Shown here piece by piece: positions 61,478-64,000 of a stretch of DNA of 64,000 bases. The position numbers and the translations under genes were made by a program. The stretch is from a virus (Duplodnaviria > Caudoviricetes). The notes under the pieces were generated by a model that worked only from the letters and a program-made list of their open reading frames with translations, searched no databases and had not been told where the DNA came from. Location: IMG/VR virus record IMGVR_UViG_2931680285_000001, positions 1 through 64,000 of that record, one strand, 5' to 3'. Numbering within the stretch: the stretch's first letter is position 1; every line of letters begins with the position of its first letter.

Positions 61478-62782
61478 ATGGCTGAGAGCAAGTCCCTGAT
61501 CAACAACCTCCGCCAGCAGCTCGCCGAGAAGTCGGCGGAGGCCGAACGAATCAGCCGCACCTTCAAGGTCGAGGACAACGGCGGCTTCGTCGTTTCGACC
61601 GAGCAGGCCACGGCCTTCAAGAAGATCTCCAACGAGGCAATGGAGCTCAAGCAGCTCCTCGCCGACGCGGAGGGTATGAGCGAGGTGAAGCAGTACCTCG
61701 ACGAGCCCGACGGCCCGTCCTCCGCCGGGCAGTTCTACGGCCAGCAGCCCGCGCACGGCGGCATGGAGGGCAAGAGCCTCGGTGACCTGTTCGTCGAGAG
61801 CGACGCGTACAAGAACGCGGCCCAGGCCGGCTTCCGTGACCGCCCGTATGTGAGGGCGGAGATGGAGGGGAAGTCGATCTTCAGCCTGTCTGGCGGCACC
61901 GTCACGCACCAGACGCTCGGGTCCGCGCAGAACCTCGGGATCGCCGAGCGCGAGTACCGCAAGATGCACATTCGGGATCTCTTCCCGAAGAGCTCCACCA
62001 AGCAGTCCGTCCTCTACGGAGCCCGCGAGACCGGGTGGACCAACAACGCCAAGCAGGTGAAGGAACGTTACGGCGCCGACGGCTCCAGCCCGGCGACCGG
62101 AGCGGACACCGACACCTGGGGCCGCGCACCGCGATCGAAGCTGGCCCTAGTGCCTGTCATGTACCCGATCAGCGAAATTGCCCATCTGCTCGACGCGCAT
62201 AAGAATATTCTTTCCGACGAGCCGCGACTGAAGACATTCATTAACTCTCGAATGGTTGAGGGTGTGAAGTATCAGGAGGACTGGGACCTCCTGCACTCTG
62301 TCGGTGACGGCCAGTCCCTGACGGGCATCTTCAACACGCCCGGGGTCCAGCAGTACCGAGGGCTCGCGACCGACAAGTACAGCGTGCAGATACGCCGCAG
62401 CATCACCAAGGCGCTGCTAGCCGAGTACGACCCCACGGGCATCGTCCTGTCTCCGACGATGTGGGAGCACGTGGAGGTGGAGGAGGACGACACGGGCGCT
62501 TTCCGCGTCGCCCTCCAGATCGCGGTCGGCGCGACCAAGCGCGTCTGGAGGCTGGACGTCGTCGAGACGACCGCGATGGCCGACGAGCAGTTCCTCGTGG
62601 GCGCCTTCGGTCTCGGCGCCCAGCTCCACGACCGGGAGTCCGTCTCTGTCACGGTCAGCACCGAGAACGGCGAGAACGTGGAGAAGGGCTTGGTGACGTT
62701 CCGAGCGGACGAGCGGGTCGCGCTCGAAATCCCTCGCCCGGAGAGCTTCGTGATCGGCACCTGGACCGCTCCCGCCGGCTGA
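61478..62782 (+). CDS. HK97-fold major capsid protein with N-terminal delta domain (434 aa)
   Basis: Coiled N-terminus, IRDLFP, Y.RETG, IAH...ILSDEP.L..FIN..M, GDG..LTGIFN, V.FRA.ER.AL...RPESFV. Confidence 0.9.
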   Translation: MAESKSLINNLRQQLAEKSAEAERISRTFKVEDNGGFVVSTEQATAFKKISNEAMELKQLLADAEGMSEVKQYLDEPDGPSSAGQFYGQQPAHGGMEGKSLGDLFVESDAYKNAAQAGFRDRPYVRAEMEGKSIFSLSGGTVTHQTLGSAQNLGIAEREYRKMHIRDLFPKSSTKQSVLYGARETGWTNNAKQVKERYGADGSSPATGADTDTWGRAPRSKLALVPVMYPISEIAHLLDAHKNILSDEPRLKTFINSRMVEGVKYQEDWDLLHSVGDGQSLTGIFNTPGVQQYRGLATDKYSVQIRRSITKALLAEYDPTGIVLSPTMWEHVEVEEDDTGAFRVALQIAVGATKRVWRLDVVETTAMADEQFLVGAFGLGAQLHDRESVSVTVSTENGENVEKGLVTFRADERVALEIPRPESFVIGTWTAPAG

Positions 62783-62794
62783 TCCCACCCGACA

Positions 62795-62830
62795 GAGGGG
62801 GCGCCGCACGGACTTCGTTGGCGCCCCCTC
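62795..62830 (+). terminator. hairpin after capsid gene
   Basis: GAGGGGGCGCC...GGCGCCCCCTC. Confidence 0.6.
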
Positions 62831-62870
62831 CTCGAACTCGCCCACATCAGCAACTCACAGGGGAACGCGC

Positions 62871-63146
62871 GTGTCGATCACCGCACTTGATGGCCTCGAA
62901 GCCGAACTCGCCGCTCTTCCGCAGGCATCGACTACTCGGAAGGGCCCGCCGTGCACCGTCGGGGCGACCCTGTCCAGCATCGCCCCCGAGACCGCAGAGA
63001 CGCTGCGCCGAATACTCGACACCGCCACCGTGACCTCGACCGCCATCGCGGCCGTCCTGAGCCAGCACGGTCCCGCCGTCGCCTCGAACACCGTGGCGCG
63101 GCATCGGCGCCGGGGCCAGCCGAACGGGTGCAGGTGCCCCCGATGA
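62871..63146 (+). CDS. small HTH/Zn-binding protein
   Basis: C...IAAVL.....V...TV.RHRR....CRC; ATGA-coupled to next gene. Confidence 0.65.
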   Translation: MSITALDGLEAELAALPQASTTRKGPPCTVGATLSSIAPETAETLRRILDTATVTSTAIAAVLSQHGPAVASNTVARHRRRGQPNGCRCPR

Positions 63147-64000
63147 CCCTCTCGCAGGACCTCACCGCACTGCTCCAGCCGGTCACCTCCGCCCAAGCCC
63201 GACCGAGCGAAGTGCTGCACCCTGCCGCGCCCGCTCCCCGCGGGTGGGAGGCGGGTGTGCGCTACGAGCCCGGCGGCACGATGGTCGTCACCGCCCCGCC
63301 GACCGAGCACCCTCCCAGCAATGCGGATGACTGGCAGACCCGAGTCGAAGACCTCGGGCTCGCCATCCCGGACGGCTGGCGTGTACGCCTCGTCGAAGCA
63401 CGTCACGACCCGGCAGCCTGGCACCGAGACAAGCAGGGAGACGACGCTGTCACCCGGCCCGTATGGAGATGCCGGTACGTAATCGAGCCCGCTTCCCCGT
63501 CGTGGATGTCCGCAGACGATGTCGATGCGCTCGTACGCGATGCGCTTCGCCGTCGCCGGAAGTCCCGTCCGAATGCTGATGCCGGCGAGCGTGCCCTCGT
63601 CGTGGTCTACGCCGACGCCCAGGCCGGCAAGGTCGGCAAGGATGGCGGAACGCCAGAGCTGGTCCGACGAGTTGCCGACCGACTCGACCGACTCGACGAC
63701 CACGTCCGCGACTTGAAGGCCATCGGCCAGGGACCGACGGCCGCCTACTGGATGGACGCCGGAGACTGCGTCGAGAACTACGAGAACACCGGCCAGCAGG
63801 CGTACACCAACGACCTGGCCATGACGGAGATGATCCGCGTACACAGACGGATCACCTTCGAGGGCCTGGACCGACTGGCCGGAAGGTTCGACCGGGTGGT
63901 GGCCGCTACCTGTGGCTCCAACCACGGCCGGGTGCGCCGCGGCCGGGAAGCTGTCGGCCCGCCGAGCGACGACTGGGGCATCGAGGTGATGTCGCAGGTC
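63143..64000 (+). CDS. calcineurin-like metallophosphoesterase / Mre11-like nuclease, truncated at window end
   Basis: YADAQAGK, DAGDCVE, GSNHG motifs. Confidence 0.75.
   Translation, partial: MTLSQDLTALLQPVTSAQARPSEVLHPAAPAPRGWEAGVRYEPGGTMVVTAPPTEHPPSNADDWQTRVEDLGLAIPDGWRVRLVEARHDPAAWHRDKQGDDAVTRPVWRCRYVIEPASPSWMSADDVDALVRDALRRRRKSRPNADAGERALVVVYADAQAGKVGKDGGTPELVRRVADRLDRLDDHVRDLKAIGQGPTAAYWMDAGDCVENYENTGQQAYTNDLAMTEMIRVHRRITFEGLDRLAGRFDRVVAATCGSNHGRVRRGREAVGPPSDDWGIEVMSQV

Larger units (their letters stand above)
1..64000. mobile_element. Segment of a large actinobacterial (Streptomyces-like) temperate phage / phage-plasmid; both ends lie outside the window
   Basis: Terminase, portal-MuF, HK97-type protease and capsid, DarB-like giant protein, RusA-like, HNH, orphan methyltransferase and many small unknown genes; no core housekeeping operons. 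Confidence 0.85.

Noticed and set aside
1-64000. tRNA, rRNA, IS/transposase, integrase, intein or intron
   Set aside because: No recognisable motifs; terL, capsid and helicase motifs appear uninterrupted

Overview
High-GC actinobacterial DNA, most likely Streptomyces (in-frame TTA codons in regulators, Xre/DUF397/HATPase locus, DUF6233/DUF6087/DUF6082-like genes). The whole window looks like part of a large temperate phage or phage-plasmid. 1-12.5 kb: divergent arrays of small unknown genes plus a C5 DNA methyltransferase, driven by a repeated promoter/leader element carrying covarying hairpins with a fixed AGAGCA(A/G) loop. 12.5-37.7 kb: accessory and regulatory cargo (PIN-like gene, HNH, iteron-like repeats, terminase large subunit, NUDIX, Xre + epimerase + MurA-like cassette, ParB-like, RusA-like, Xre/DUF397, LuxR, GntR, EEP nuclease). 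37.7-64 kb: HK97-type head module with a portal-MuF fusion, a 5436-aa DarB-like methyltransferase/SF2-helicase polyprotein, an Rmf-like gene, a prohead protease fused to a 2H phosphoesterase, the major capsid protein and a truncated metallophosphoesterase. Main novel signals: (1) a complete 111-aa gene nested in the +1 frame inside the giant ORF; (2) shared E-x-K|S putative maturation-cleavage sites and a shared C-terminal-tail peptide across portal, giant protein, protease and capsid, suggesting a capsid-borne, proteolytically released anti-defence cargo system; (3) the repeated structured early leader; (4) a distinct late-promoter motif NGAC(RNTA/GTAA)-N15-CANNNT. All family assignments come from motif recognition by eye; no database search was run. 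No integrase, tail tube/tape-measure, tRNA, rRNA or CRISPR array was seen.
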